Part shown: positions 29,120-38,488 of the stretch, one piece after another | Position numbering within the stretch: the first letter of the stretch is position 1 | How the letters are laid out: each line of letters opens with the position of its first letter | DNA from: Deltaproteobacteria bacterium | GTDB lineage: Bacteria; Myxococcota; Kuafuiibacteriia; Kuafuiibacteriales; Kuafuiibacteriaceae | Direction of reading: 5' to 3' | Length of the DNA stretch: 64,000 nucleotides | NCBI GenBank assembly: GCA_040218735.1 | Contig: JAVJQW010000048.1 | Coordinates: 32,001-96,000 of the forward strand | Notes under the pieces: model-generated | What the model saw: the letters and a program-made list of their open reading frames with translations, nothing else | Told to the model about the DNA's origin: nothing | The model's database searches: none | Position numbers and translations under genes: made by a program

Positions 29120-30795
29120 TGAAGCCCCAACGAGTGCGGCGCCTGCTGTGGGCAGCGCCGCTGATGACGACGCTCGCGTTTGCGTGTAGCGGCGAGGACG
29201 CCGCCGACGACGACGGAGCAACCCCGACCCGCGACGCGGGGGAGACGCAGACCCGCGACGCGGGCGAAGAACCTCCGCGCGACGCGGGCGTGATCCGGGA
29301 CGCTGGCGAAGAGCCTGCGCGCGACGGCGGAAGCTCGCCGACATTCCCGACGCTGCCGAACGCGCTCTCCGTGACCGGTTGTGAGGCCTTCCCGATCGGC
29401 CCCTTGTGCTCGGTCGTGCAGGACGAGGACACGTTCGACGCAAACTGCGGAGGCGTTCACTTCGACGGCACCGTCACGGTCGACGGCGACATCACGATGA
29501 CGCGTCCGACGTTCACCAACGACATGGGGGACGAGGTCGAGACGTCGTGCATGGGGCGCCTTCAGGGGCCGCGCGTTACGGCGACGTGTGAGCAGACCGT
29601 GACACCCTCTGGCGGCACGCCCGTCACCGAACAGTGCGCGCTGATCAGCAAGACGAGCATGCTGCCAGCCGTCGAGTGCATGGAGGCGCCGCCCGAGTTC
29701 ACCAACGTCGTCATTTGCACCGAGGGCGCCGGGGCCGGCGGGACCACGATTCAGGCGGGGGCCTGCTCCGTGATCCAGGATGGGTGCACGTTCCAGGCGG
29801 ACTGCGCGGACGACCTGACGCTCGTCGGTTCGGTGGGCGCGGACGGCCTGAGCTTCTCGTCCGAGCTGATCGCGCTCGCCGACGCCGAGGTGCGCAACAA
29901 GGGCGACACGCCGGCCTTCCTGCAGGGTGACGTCGTGGCCCACAACTGTTCGGCTCAGCCCAGCGGCACGACGCTGGTCGGCGAGTGCGGCGCCGGGAGC
30001 GCCGGCCGCGGGGGCACGAACACCAGCGTCTGCTCGATCTCCGGCGGCGCCGCCGCGGTACCGCAGTGCGGCCAGGTGTCGTCCTCATCGGTGGGCGAAG
30101 CGCTCTTTGCGCTCGACTCGTGTGACATCCTCAAGAACGGCGAAGGTGGAGTGCCCGGGATCGGCGAGCCGGTCTGTGCGTTTCGGCAGAACAACTGCGT
30201 CTGGGAGGTGAATTGCGGGAGCCCGTTCCTCACCTTCTCTGGACGTCTCGAGCCGGGTGAAAGCGCGCTCGAATGGCGCCTGGCCACCGGCACGCCGTGC
30301 ACGATCGAGTTCGATGAGAACGGAAACCCATCCGGGAACTGTACGGTTCCCGGACAACCGCCGTGCAACCTCGGCTCACTCACTCCGGTCCCCGGTGGTG
30401 CGGAGTGTCCGGCGCCGGCCGAGGGGCGCTCGTTCACCGGTCGTGGTTGTGGCGACCGCGGCGGCACCGCGCTCGAGTGCCGGCAGGTCATGCAGCACGG
30501 ATGCAACTTCGGGGCGATCTGTTCGTTCACGGGGCGGTTCCCGTCCGTGGTGATCGCCGGTGAGACCTCGTACAGCACGGGGTCGCGCGGGCGCATCGAC
30601 TTCAACGGGCTGGCGAACTGGCAGTGCTACGTGGATCAGGCGACCGACGCCGAGATCGCGAGCGGCGATCGTGAAGCCAACGAGTGGTACGGCCAGTGCG
30701 TGACCCCCGAGGGGGGCATGTGTCGTGACAACTACGATCCGAAGACGGGTAGCGGCTTCCGCGGCCTCCAGATCTTCTTCGATGAGTTGAACTGA
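29116..30795 (+). CDS. Cys-rich lipoprotein with four internal repeats, translationally coupled to mxcG
   Basis: ATG 29116 overlaps the mxcG stop. Lipobox AFAC, RDAG linker repeats, repeated C-x-[VF]-x-Q-x-x-(C)-x-[FW]-x-x-x-C units. Confidence 0.75.
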   Translation: MMKPQRVRRLLWAAPLMTTLAFACSGEDAADDDGATPTRDAGETQTRDAGEEPPRDAGVIRDAGEEPARDGGSSPTFPTLPNALSVTGCEAFPIGPLCSVVQDEDTFDANCGGVHFDGTVTVDGDITMTRPTFTNDMGDEVETSCMGRLQGPRVTATCEQTVTPSGGTPVTEQCALISKTSMLPAVECMEAPPEFTNVVICTEGAGAGGTTIQAGACSVIQDGCTFQADCADDLTLVGSVGADGLSFSSELIALADAEVRNKGDTPAFLQGDVVAHNCSAQPSGTTLVGECGAGSAGRGGTNTSVCSISGGAAAVPQCGQVSSSSVGEALFALDSCDILKNGEGGVPGIGEPVCAFRQNNCVWEVNCGSPFLTFSGRLEPGESALEWRLATGTPCTIEFDENGNPSGNCTVPGQPPCNLGSLTPVPGGAECPAPAEGRSFTGRGCGDRGGTALECRQVMQHGCNFGAICSFTGRFPSVVIAGETSYSTGSRGRIDFNGLANWQCYVDQATDAEIASGDREANEWYGQCVTPEGGMCRDNYDPKTGSGFRGLQIFFDELN

Positions 30796-30865
30796 CCTGG
30801 AGCGGAATCCGGTCGGGGCGGCTCGCCAATTGGGATCGCGGGCCGCCCCGGCCGGGGACGTACTC

Positions 30866-31654
30866 ATGAGAATTCAACCTACCTTCCAGCCCGTCTCACT
30901 CGAGTCGATCCGGCCGTCGCGGGCTCGGTATCTCGACGGACTGCTCGAAGCACAAGACGCCTTGCTCGAGGTGTTCGTGTCGAAGTCGCGGTGTTTCGCG
31001 ATGCGGACCGCGAATGGGGACGCGGGTCACCTCGTCGTTCTCGACACCGGGATGCTCGTCGAGTGGTTCGTCGGCGATGAGTACGACGAGCACGCTCACC
31101 ACTGGCTGCCGGCGGCGATTCATGAGCTTGGGCTCACCTCGGCGCTCGTCAAGTCATTCGACCACGCGTTTCTCTCCGTCGCGATGGAGCAGCAGAAGTC
31201 GGTGCGCGTGCGTGGGGCGCTGATTCGCAACTATCGGCGCCGGGAGCTGCCCCGCTACGAACGACTTCGGTACACGTCGAGATTGGCAACGCTGGAGGAC
31301 CTTCCGTGTCTGCGCGAGGTGCGTCAGGAAGTCTTCACGGATCCGGAGCGCTTGCTGGCGTTGGTTCGAGCGGGTGGGGTGCGGATCTTCGAATGCGACC
31401 GAGGGACGATTGGCTTCGGACTCTGTCGTCGGATCTTCGCGGATCGTCCGCACGTCGAGGTGGGAATCGCCATCGACGAACGCTTTCGCAATCGCGGCCA
31501 CGCGCCCTACCTACTGCGTGATCTCGCGGATCGCTGTGTCGACGATGGTCTCTTTCCCGTGAGTGGTTGTGCTCGGGACAACGAAGCCTCGATCCGCGTT
31601 GGGCTTCGCGTCGGTTTTCGCGCGCGCTACCGACTGCTCGAAGTGAGTTTCTGA
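30866..31654 (+). CDS. GNAT-family N-acetyltransferase (tandem GNAT-like)
   Basis: EVGIAIDERFRNRGHA acetyl-CoA motif and DNEASIRVGLRVGF. Confidence 0.75.
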   Translation: MRIQPTFQPVSLESIRPSRARYLDGLLEAQDALLEVFVSKSRCFAMRTANGDAGHLVVLDTGMLVEWFVGDEYDEHAHHWLPAAIHELGLTSALVKSFDHAFLSVAMEQQKSVRVRGALIRNYRRRELPRYERLRYTSRLATLEDLPCLREVRQEVFTDPERLLALVRAGGVRIFECDRGTIGFGLCRRIFADRPHVEVGIAIDERFRNRGHAPYLLRDLADRCVDDGLFPVSGCARDNEASIRVGLRVGFRARYRLLEVSF

Positions 31655-31661
31655 CGTGAGC

Positions 31662-32168
31662 TCACGACCCGAACGGATCGCAGTCGTCATCGGACGCGCA
31701 GGTGTTGCACTGCCCGATGAGCTCGTGCACGTGGTCCGTGAGTCGAAAGCGGAAACGCTCGGCGACGTCGCGTTGGAGGACCTCGATCGCCTCCGACTGA
31801 AACTCTACGACCGCCCCGCAGTCACTGCAGATCAGGTGGTCATGATGTTCGCGCTCGAAAGCGCGCTCGTACCGCGACTGGTCTGCGTCGGAGTGCAACA
31901 CCTCTTGCAGCAGCCCCGCGTCCACGAGGATCGGCAAGACGCGGTACACCGTCGCGGGGTGCGCGTCGGCGTCGCTCGTCTCCCGGACCCTCTGCGCCAG
32001 CTCCTCCGCCGAGAAGTGTCCCTCGTAGGTGAGTGCCGCGCGCGCGATGGCCTCGCGAACCGTGGAGTTTCGGAGACCCCGTTCGCGGATCACGGACCGG
32101 AGTCGATCCAGCGCGCGTTGCACTCCAACGTCGTCCAGCGCCGGCGGAGGTGGAGCCTCCCGAACCAT
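31662..32168 (-). CDS. fur: Fur-family transcriptional repressor (alternative start GTG 32210)
   Basis: GHFSAEEL, PATVYRVL, HHDHLICSDCG and ELIGQCNTC. Confidence 0.9.
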   Translation of the reverse strand: MVREAPPPPALDDVGVQRALDRLRSVIRERGLRNSTVREAIARAALTYEGHFSAEELAQRVRETSDADAHPATVYRVLPILVDAGLLQEVLHSDADQSRYERAFEREHHDHLICSDCGAVVEFQSEAIEVLQRDVAERFRFRLTDHVHELIGQCNTCASDDDCDPFGS

Positions 32169-32227
32169 CCGCCGAACTCTACTCTCCCGACCTTCTCCGA
32201 GCGAGGACACGGTGTTTGTTCGCGAGG

Positions 32228-32244
32228 TTGCGAATGACTTGCAT
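32228..32244. promoter_or_regulatory. Second copy of the 17-bp Fur-type operator (TTGCGAATGACTTGCAT) between fur and the TonB receptor
   Basis: 14/17 identity to 25108-25124. Overlaps the receptor ATG (32234). Confidence 0.65.
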
Positions 32245-34513
32245 TATCGCCGGAGCGCTCGCCGTGCTCGCGCTGACGCCGTGCGTCGCGACGAGCAGCG
32301 TCGCGACGAGCGGCGTCGCGACGAGCGGCGTCGCGACGAGCAGCGTCGCGACGAGCGGCGTCGCGACGAGCAGCGTCGCGACGCGCCGAGGCGCGTCTCC
32401 CGTCCGGACCGCTTCCGTGGCGGACAGCGCGTTCGTCCACGACGTGGCCGCGCTGCCCCTCGATTCGACCTCGACGGTGGCGACGGAGCTCGAGGACATC
32501 GTGGTGACGGCTCGGAGGAGCCGCAGCCGCCGCCTCGAGTTGAGCTCCGAGTCCGTGGACGTCGTGTCGGTCGTCGACGCGGCGAAGACGGAGTTCGACC
32601 TCGGCGAGATCCTCACCCGCCGCTCCGCGGTGCACGTCCAGCGCAGCGGCAACCTCGGTGGCGGGACCGAGCTGTCCCTCGCGGGGCTCGGCGGTGAGCA
32701 GGTCCGCTTGGCGATCGACGGCGTCCCCTTCGAGTGGTCTCCGTTCGGCTTTGGCCTCGCCAACATGCCGCCGAGCCTGGTGCGTCGCGTCGAGGTCTTC
32801 AACGGCGTGGTGCCGATCCGCTTCGGTACGGATGCGCTCGCGGGCGCGCTCAACGTCGTCACGGATCGCGAAGTCCCGCGGACCGGCGCCGCCGTCTCGC
32901 TCATGGCCGGTTCCTTCGACACGTTTCGTGGGTCGGCGACCGTCGAATGGTCGAGTGACGACGACTGGTACGCGCGCGCCGCGGCGTTCGTCGATCGATC
33001 GGAGAACGACTACGTCGTGACGGCCGATGTCTGGGATGCACAGGGGCGCCTCTCGCCGCGACCCGTTCACCGGAACAACGATGGGTTCTTGGGATACGGG
33101 TCGATGGTCGACGTCGGCGTCGTCGATCGCCCGTGGGCGGACCGCCTCGTCCTCCGCGGGTATTACAGCGCATTCCACAAAGAGCTCCCGCACAACGTCG
33201 TCATGACTCGCCCGTACGGCGAAGTGACTTTCGACAAGGTGGGTTACGGTGGCGCGCTACGGTACGCCAAGGCGTTCGAAGAGATCTCGGCGAACGTCGT
33301 CGCCGGATATCATCATCGCGCGGGCGAGCTCCTCGACGTCGCGACGTGCCTGTACGACTGGTTCGGCAACTGCGCCAGTGAGACCACCCCCGGCGAAATC
33401 GGCGATCGGGCCCGGCAGCTCGAGACGCGCTACGACACGTTCTACCTCCGCGGTCAGAGCACGTGGGCGTTTGCGCAGGACCACAGCCTCGAGCTCTCCA
33501 CGGCGCTCGCCCGCGACGAGCGAACCGGGCGCGACGTCTACCTGGAGGGTGCGGACATGGTGGATCCGCTCGCGGTCCCGCTGGGGGTCACGTCGCTGTT
33601 CGCCGGCGGCGCTTATCAGGTCGACTTCTTCGGCGGAGCCCTCGAAAACGTCTTCTTCGTGAAGGGCTACGCGCAGTGGGCGGGCCTCGGCGAAGCGTCC
33701 GCGTCGGCCGGCAATACCTCACGCGGGCAGAGCCTGTTGCGTGGAGGGTTCGGAGACACGGTTCGTCTCCGCCTCGCGCGGCACTCGAGGGTGAAGGCGG
33801 GCTACGAACGAACCGCGAGAATTCCGAGACCGGAAGAGTATTTCGGGGACGGCGTACTCATCGTGGAGAACACGGAGCTACTCCCGGAGACGAGCCACAA
33901 CCTGAACGTCGCGCTCGAGTTCGAGGGGCTCATGACCCCCGCTGGGATTTTCTCGGTGAGTGTGCTCGGGCTCGTTCGTGAAGCCGACGATCTCATCGCG
34001 TTCTTTCCCGACGATCAGAGCTACCGCTACGAGAACATCGCAGACGTTCGTGCCTTCGGCGCACAGCTCGACGCGAGCTGGCTGGCCCCGTTTCCCTGGT
34101 TCCAGCTGTTCGCGAACCTCGGGTGGACCAATCTCCGCAACCGGTCCTCGGAGGGCCGATTTGCATCGTTCGAGGGGGACCGCCTCCCGAATCGCCCCTA
34201 CCTGAGAGCGACGGGGCGCGCTCGAACCACGCTGTCCGCGGTCTTCGATGACGACGATACGCTCATCCTCGAGTGGACGTCGCGGTGGGTCCACGCGTTC
34301 TTCCGCTCGTGGGAGAGCGTCGGGGTTTCGAAGCAGGAGGTGCCCACCCAGCTCGTTCACTCCGCCGCGCTCTCCTACCGCGTGTCGACGGAGACACGCG
34401 CGGTGAGTTTGTCGCTCTCCGTACAGAACCTCACTGACGCCGACGTCTTCGATGTTGTGGGTGTCCAGCGTCCGGGGCGGTCGTTCTTCGCGACCGTCGT
34501 CGGTGAGCTCTGA
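32234..34513 (+). CDS. TonB-dependent siderophore receptor (MxcH-like)
   Basis: Signal peptide, TonB box EDIVVTA, plug IDGVP...VRRVEVFNGVVPIRFGTDALAGALNVVT, LLPETS and C-terminal QNLTD...RPGRSFFA. Confidence 0.88.
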   Translation: MTCIIAGALAVLALTPCVATSSVATSGVATSGVATSSVATSGVATSSVATRRGASPVRTASVADSAFVHDVAALPLDSTSTVATELEDIVVTARRSRSRRLELSSESVDVVSVVDAAKTEFDLGEILTRRSAVHVQRSGNLGGGTELSLAGLGGEQVRLAIDGVPFEWSPFGFGLANMPPSLVRRVEVFNGVVPIRFGTDALAGALNVVTDREVPRTGAAVSLMAGSFDTFRGSATVEWSSDDDWYARAAAFVDRSENDYVVTADVWDAQGRLSPRPVHRNNDGFLGYGSMVDVGVVDRPWADRLVLRGYYSAFHKELPHNVVMTRPYGEVTFDKVGYGGALRYAKAFEEISANVVAGYHHRAGELLDVATCLYDWFGNCASETTPGEIGDRARQLETRYDTFYLRGQSTWAFAQDHSLELSTALARDERTGRDVYLEGADMVDPLAVPLGVTSLFAGGAYQVDFFGGALENVFFVKGYAQWAGLGEASASAGNTSRGQSLLRGGFGDTVRLRLARHSRVKAGYERTARIPRPEEYFGDGVLIVENTELLPETSHNLNVALEFEGLMTPAGIFSVSVLGLVREADDLIAFFPDDQSYRYENIADVRAFGAQLDASWLAPFPWFQLFANLGWTNLRNRSSEGRFASFEGDRLPNRPYLRATGRARTTLSAVFDDDDTLILEWTSRWVHAFFRSWESVGVSKQEVPTQLVHSAALSYRVSTETRAVSLSLSVQNLTDADVFDVVGVQRPGRSFFATVVGEL
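32283..32383. repeat. 15-bp tandem repeat GCGTCGCGACGAGC(A/G) x6 plus a partial copy, encoding VATS(S/G)
   Basis: Read directly. Each unit contains the perfect palindrome CGTCGCGACG. Confidence 0.95.
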
Positions 34514-34540
34514 GATGGCCCGTAAGAAGGAAACTGAGTC

Positions 34541-35509
34541 ATGAGTTGGACCAAGCGCCCATCGGCCATGAAGATCGTCCGAAGAACTCACCTGTACCTG
34601 GGGCTCGTCGTGTTCCCCTGGGCCATGTTCTTCGGGTTGAGCGGAATTCTGTTCAATCACCCCAACGCGGGCGAAGACATGAAGAAGCGCTTCGTCCCCC
34701 CCGCCGAGGTGGAGCGACTCAGCGGACTCACACCGGCCGACCCGAGCGCGCTGGCGGCGACCGTCGTCGAACGACTCGGCGCGAAGGGGCACTCGCTGCA
34801 GCTCGACGCCGCCCACGAACCCGGCTTCGTGGGGTGGTCGCTGTTCCAAGCGGCGGCTCCCGAAGGCCGGCACGTCGTGATCCTCGATCTCGAAGCGGGC
34901 AACGCACGTATCGGGACACGAACCGCCGTCGACGGCCCGGAGCTCGCGTCGTTCTCGGGGGCGCGCGTCGTCGTCCCGGGGCGGATGACGACCGACGTGA
35001 AGGCGCACGTCGAACGCCTCCTGCCCGCGCTCGAGATCGTCACCGAGGGGCCGCTGGTCACGAACCTGAAGGCGGGGCCCGAGCTCAGGTTCAGGGTGAA
35101 GGACGCGCAGTCGCGCTCGTGGAACGTCATCTACAACCTGGGCACCGAACAGATCGAAGCGCGCGCCGTCGACAGCGAGCCCGTGCTCGGCTTCAACGAA
35201 ACCCTCGCTCGAATGCACAAGACTCACCACTTCCCGGTGGAGATGGGACCGACGTTCCTCTGGGCCATCTTCGCCGACCTCACGGGGCTGACGATGATCC
35301 TGTGGGCCCTCACCGGAATGTTGATGTGGTGGCAGATGAAGAAGACCCGAAAGATCGGCGCGGTGTTCGTGGTCTTCGGGCTGTTCGTCGCGGGCGCCGT
35401 CTTCGCCGGCGTCATCGATCACCTGACCTTCGGTGACGTGAAGAAACCCTCCGGGCCGGGCCCCGAGCCGCCTCACTTCGAGAGCAAGACGAGCACCGTC
35501 AGTCCGTAG
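34541..35509 (+). CDS. PepSY-associated TM-helix protein (iron-regulated membrane protein, possible ferri-siderophore reductase)
   Basis: RRTHLYLGL...FGLSGILFNHP, LARMHKTH and LTGMLMWW. Confidence 0.8.
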   Translation: MSWTKRPSAMKIVRRTHLYLGLVVFPWAMFFGLSGILFNHPNAGEDMKKRFVPPAEVERLSGLTPADPSALAATVVERLGAKGHSLQLDAAHEPGFVGWSLFQAAAPEGRHVVILDLEAGNARIGTRTAVDGPELASFSGARVVVPGRMTTDVKAHVERLLPALEIVTEGPLVTNLKAGPELRFRVKDAQSRSWNVIYNLGTEQIEARAVDSEPVLGFNETLARMHKTHHFPVEMGPTFLWAIFADLTGLTMILWALTGMLMWWQMKKTRKIGAVFVVFGLFVAGAVFAGVIDHLTFGDVKKPSGPGPEPPHFESKTSTVSP

Positions 35510-36143
35510 GCGCCGACAGCGCCGCCCAGAAGAACTTCAGCGACAGCGCGTTGGTCTTCTCCAGGACCTCGCCGTCGATCTCTCCGTTCGCCTCGAGGAG
35601 CGCCTGCTCGGCGAAGGTTCGGTGGAGGCCCTGGAGGATGCGGGCGGCGGTCGCCGGGCTGTGCCCGCAACGTTCCTTCGCGGTCGTGTTTCGTTCGAAC
35701 CAGTCCGCGAACGCGGTCGAAACACACCCCAGGCGTTGAAGGCGCCCCGGTGCGTCTTCGCCTGGGAGGACGGTCGCCCCGCTGAACACGAGCACGAGCG
35801 CCTCGCGGTACTCGATCGACAGACGATTCAGGCGGTGGGTGAGCACCGCGAGTTTGGCCTCGCCGACGAGCCCGGCGGGGAGCGGCTCCTCGAGCGTCTC
35901 GACGACGCGATCCATGAGCTCCGACCCGAGCGCCTCGAAGATCTCCTCCTTCCTGGAGAAGTACGTGTACAGCGAGGACGCCGTGAACCCGGCCTCCTTC
36001 GCGATCGCGCGCATGTTGGTCGCGAGGTAGCCGTCTCGGGACACGACGCGCGCGGCGCACAGCATGATCTCGCGCCGCGTGCGCTCGAGCTGCTCCTCGC
36101 GCCGTCGGCTTCCTCGGTCTTCGTCTCGAACGGTCTTCGGCAT
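35499..36143 (-). CDS. TetR/AcrR-family regulator (alternative start 36188)
   Basis: HTH GYLATNMRAIAKEAGFTASSLYTYFSRKEEI. Divergent from the RND operon. Confidence 0.9.
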   Translation of the reverse strand: MPKTVRDEDRGSRRREEQLERTRREIMLCAARVVSRDGYLATNMRAIAKEAGFTASSLYTYFSRKEEIFEALGSELMDRVVETLEEPLPAGLVGEAKLAVLTHRLNRLSIEYREALVLVFSGATVLPGEDAPGRLQRLGCVSTAFADWFERNTTAKERCGHSPATAARILQGLHRTFAEQALLEANGEIDGEVLEKTNALSLKFFWAALSAPTD

Positions 36144-36219
36144 CGCCGGCCTTCTCTTGTCGTGCCTCGATAAGACGCGTGCGTCCATGAGGGATTGTCG
36201 AACTTCAGATTAACATCCC

Positions 36220-36253
36220 GAACAGGAATACTGTTCCCCGAACAGCCGTTCGG
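36220..36253. promoter_or_regulatory. Tandem inverted repeats, probable TetR operators
   Basis: GAACAG-GAATA-CTGTTC (36220-36236) and CCGAAC-AGCC-GTTCGG (36238-36253) between tetR and tolC. Confidence 0.6.
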
Positions 36254-36275
36254 AGAAGCGATCCGAGATACGACC

Positions 36276-37595
36276 ATGTTCCTCACTGCATCCTTACCCT
36301 TACTCACCGCCCTCACGGCGGCGGGCCCCGACCCGTCGCCGCCCCCCCTCGACTACCCCACGCTCCTCGAGCGCGTGCCCGAAACCAGCCCGGAGCTCCG
36401 AAAGGCGCGCGCGCGAATCGCCGCCGCCGAGGGTGAGCTGTCGCGCGTCTTCTCCGCTTGGAAGCCCAACCTGTCCGTGAGCGGACAGGTCGCCTACAAC
36501 ACCCAGCTCATCGAGCTCGACTTCGGCGGCATCCTCGGCGGCATCGTCACCGCCGTCGGCGGCGACCCGTCCACCCTCGACCTCCCCCCCGCCACCGTCA
36601 TCCAGCCGCACTGGACCGTCGCAGGGGTCGCCACCCTCCGACAGCTCTTGTTCGACCCGTCCGCTTGGTTCGGGCCGGGCATCGCGCGGGCCAGCGTCGA
36701 CGCCCAACGCGCGGGCGCCGACGCCGCGACCGACGAGCTCCTCTTCGCCGCCGCTCAGCTCTACGCGGGGTTGCAGGCGGTCGACGCCTTGGAGGGGGCC
36801 GCAGAGCGCGCCGTCCGAGTGGCCGACGCGCGCATCGAACAGGCCGAGGTCCGCGTCGAGAGCGGCCTCGCCACGCCGCTCGACGCGATCCGCGCCCGTA
36901 CACGAAAGACGGAAGCCAACAGCGAGCTCGCCCGAATCGTCGCCCAGCGCCGAGCGCTGCAAGCCGACTTGCAGACGATCCTCGGCACCGACCACCCGGT
37001 GCGCGTCGTCAGCGCCCCGCTCCCCGAGGACCTCGGTGAGCCCGGCTCGGGCGTGGGCGATCGGCGCGACGTCATCGCGCAGGAAGCCGCCGTCGAAGCG
37101 GCGGAGAAGAATGCGGGCCGCACCAAGTGGCTGTGGCTCCCGAGCCTCTTCTTCGAGGCTCAGGGCACCGCCACCAATGTCGCAGGCTTCGGCGGCAACC
37201 ACTACTTCGGCGTCGCCAGCATCGGTCTGTCGCTCCCGCTCTACGACGGCGGCCTCCGCTATGCCGAGCGCGACGTCGCCGAAGCGAACCTCGCGCAGGC
37301 GCAGGCGTCGCTCGATGCCACCCGCTCGCGCGGGCTCGCGTTGATGGAGAAAGCCCGCGCCCAGCTCGACGAAGCACGCGCCCGCGCCGAGCTCGCCGAA
37401 GCGCAGCTCGACCTCGCGGAGCGCGCGGTCGCGCAGGTCGAAGATCTGAGGAACAACGGGCTCGCGACGAGCCTCGATCTCGACGACGCGGACCTACGGC
37501 GATTCGGCGCCGACCGCCAGCTCGCGGAGCGACGCCTCGACGTCGCGCTGTCCCGCCTCCGACTCCACTACGCCCAGGGAGGGCGCCTGAAATGA
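36276..37595 (+). CDS. TolC-family outer-membrane efflux protein
   Basis: Signal peptide, two OEP repeats (WKPNLSVSG...LFDP; WLPSL...LSLPLYDGG) and SGLATPLD. Confidence 0.88.
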   Translation: MFLTASLPLLTALTAAGPDPSPPPLDYPTLLERVPETSPELRKARARIAAAEGELSRVFSAWKPNLSVSGQVAYNTQLIELDFGGILGGIVTAVGGDPSTLDLPPATVIQPHWTVAGVATLRQLLFDPSAWFGPGIARASVDAQRAGADAATDELLFAAAQLYAGLQAVDALEGAAERAVRVADARIEQAEVRVESGLATPLDAIRARTRKTEANSELARIVAQRRALQADLQTILGTDHPVRVVSAPLPEDLGEPGSGVGDRRDVIAQEAAVEAAEKNAGRTKWLWLPSLFFEAQGTATNVAGFGGNHYFGVASIGLSLPLYDGGLRYAERDVAEANLAQAQASLDATRSRGLALMEKARAQLDEARARAELAEAQLDLAERAVAQVEDLRNNGLATSLDLDDADLRRFGADRQLAERRLDVALSRLRLHYAQGGRLK

Positions 37596-38488
37596 ACACC
37601 TCGAACAACGCTCGCCACCTCATCGTTCTCTCGCTGTCGCTCGCAGTGGTCGCCTGCTCACCGGCCGCCGCGAACGACACCAAACCGAAGCTCCCGCCGC
37701 GCCCGCAGAAGGTCGCCACCCCGCTGCCCGCGCGGCTCTCCGACGCGCCCGGTGACAGTACGGCGCCACGGCGCCTCGCCCTGACCGGACAGACCCGCGC
37801 TTCGCGGGAGAGCGCCGTCGCCACCACCACCTCCGGACTCGTGGACCGCGTGTTATTTCGCGCCGGTGACTTCGTGAAAGCCGGGCAGGTCCTGGTGCGG
37901 ATCGATCCGCGGACCGCGAGCCTCGCGGTCGCTCAGGCCGAGGCGGCGCTCGAGACGGCCAAGACGCAGGCGGCGGGCGCGCTCCGCGAACGGAAGCGCC
38001 TCGAACAGGTCGGTCCGCGGGGCGCCGTGCCGCAGGTCGACGTCGATCGCGCGACGACGGCGTCGCAGGCCGCCGCCGCTCAGGTGGCGCAGGCGGAGGC
38101 GGCGCTCGCGATGGCCAAGAAGAACCTCTCCGACACCGTCATCCGCGCGCCCTTCGCCGGCTTGGTGCTGTCGCGCAACGTCGATGAAGGTGAGTGGCTC
38201 AACACGATGAGCAACGGCGTCGTCGCGCGAATCGCCGACGTCGACCCGCTGGAGATCGCGCTGCAGGCCCCGGAGCACCGGCTCACGGATCTTGCGGACG
38301 GCGACACGATGCAGGTCCGGTTCACCGCGACCGGGCAGTCCGTCGACGCGAAGGTGAGCCGGATCGTCCGTGCGATCGACCCCCGCACCCGGAGCTTCGA
38401 GGTGGTGTTGAGTGTGCCCAACCCCGAGCGTGCGTACGCGCCCGGGTTGTTCGCCGAGGCGAGCCTCCTCGAGGGAGCCAAGCTGTGA
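37592..38488 (+). CDS. RND efflux periplasmic adaptor (membrane fusion protein)
   Basis: Lipobox VVAC; GDFVKAGQVLVRID, IRAPFAG, IDPRTRSF and PGLFA. ATG overlaps the tolC stop. Confidence 0.9.
   Translation: MNTSNNARHLIVLSLSLAVVACSPAAANDTKPKLPPRPQKVATPLPARLSDAPGDSTAPRRLALTGQTRASRESAVATTTSGLVDRVLFRAGDFVKAGQVLVRIDPRTASLAVAQAEAALETAKTQAAGALRERKRLEQVGPRGAVPQVDVDRATTASQAAAAQVAQAEAALAMAKKNLSDTVIRAPFAGLVLSRNVDEGEWLNTMSNGVVARIADVDPLEIALQAPEHRLTDLADGDTMQVRFTATGQSVDAKVSRIVRAIDPRTRSFEVVLSVPNPERAYAPGLFAEASLLEGAKL

Noticed and set aside
32283-32383. 15-bp palindromic repeats as CRISPR or iterons
   Set aside because: No spacers, no rep gene, and the repeat lies in frame within the receptor N-terminus.
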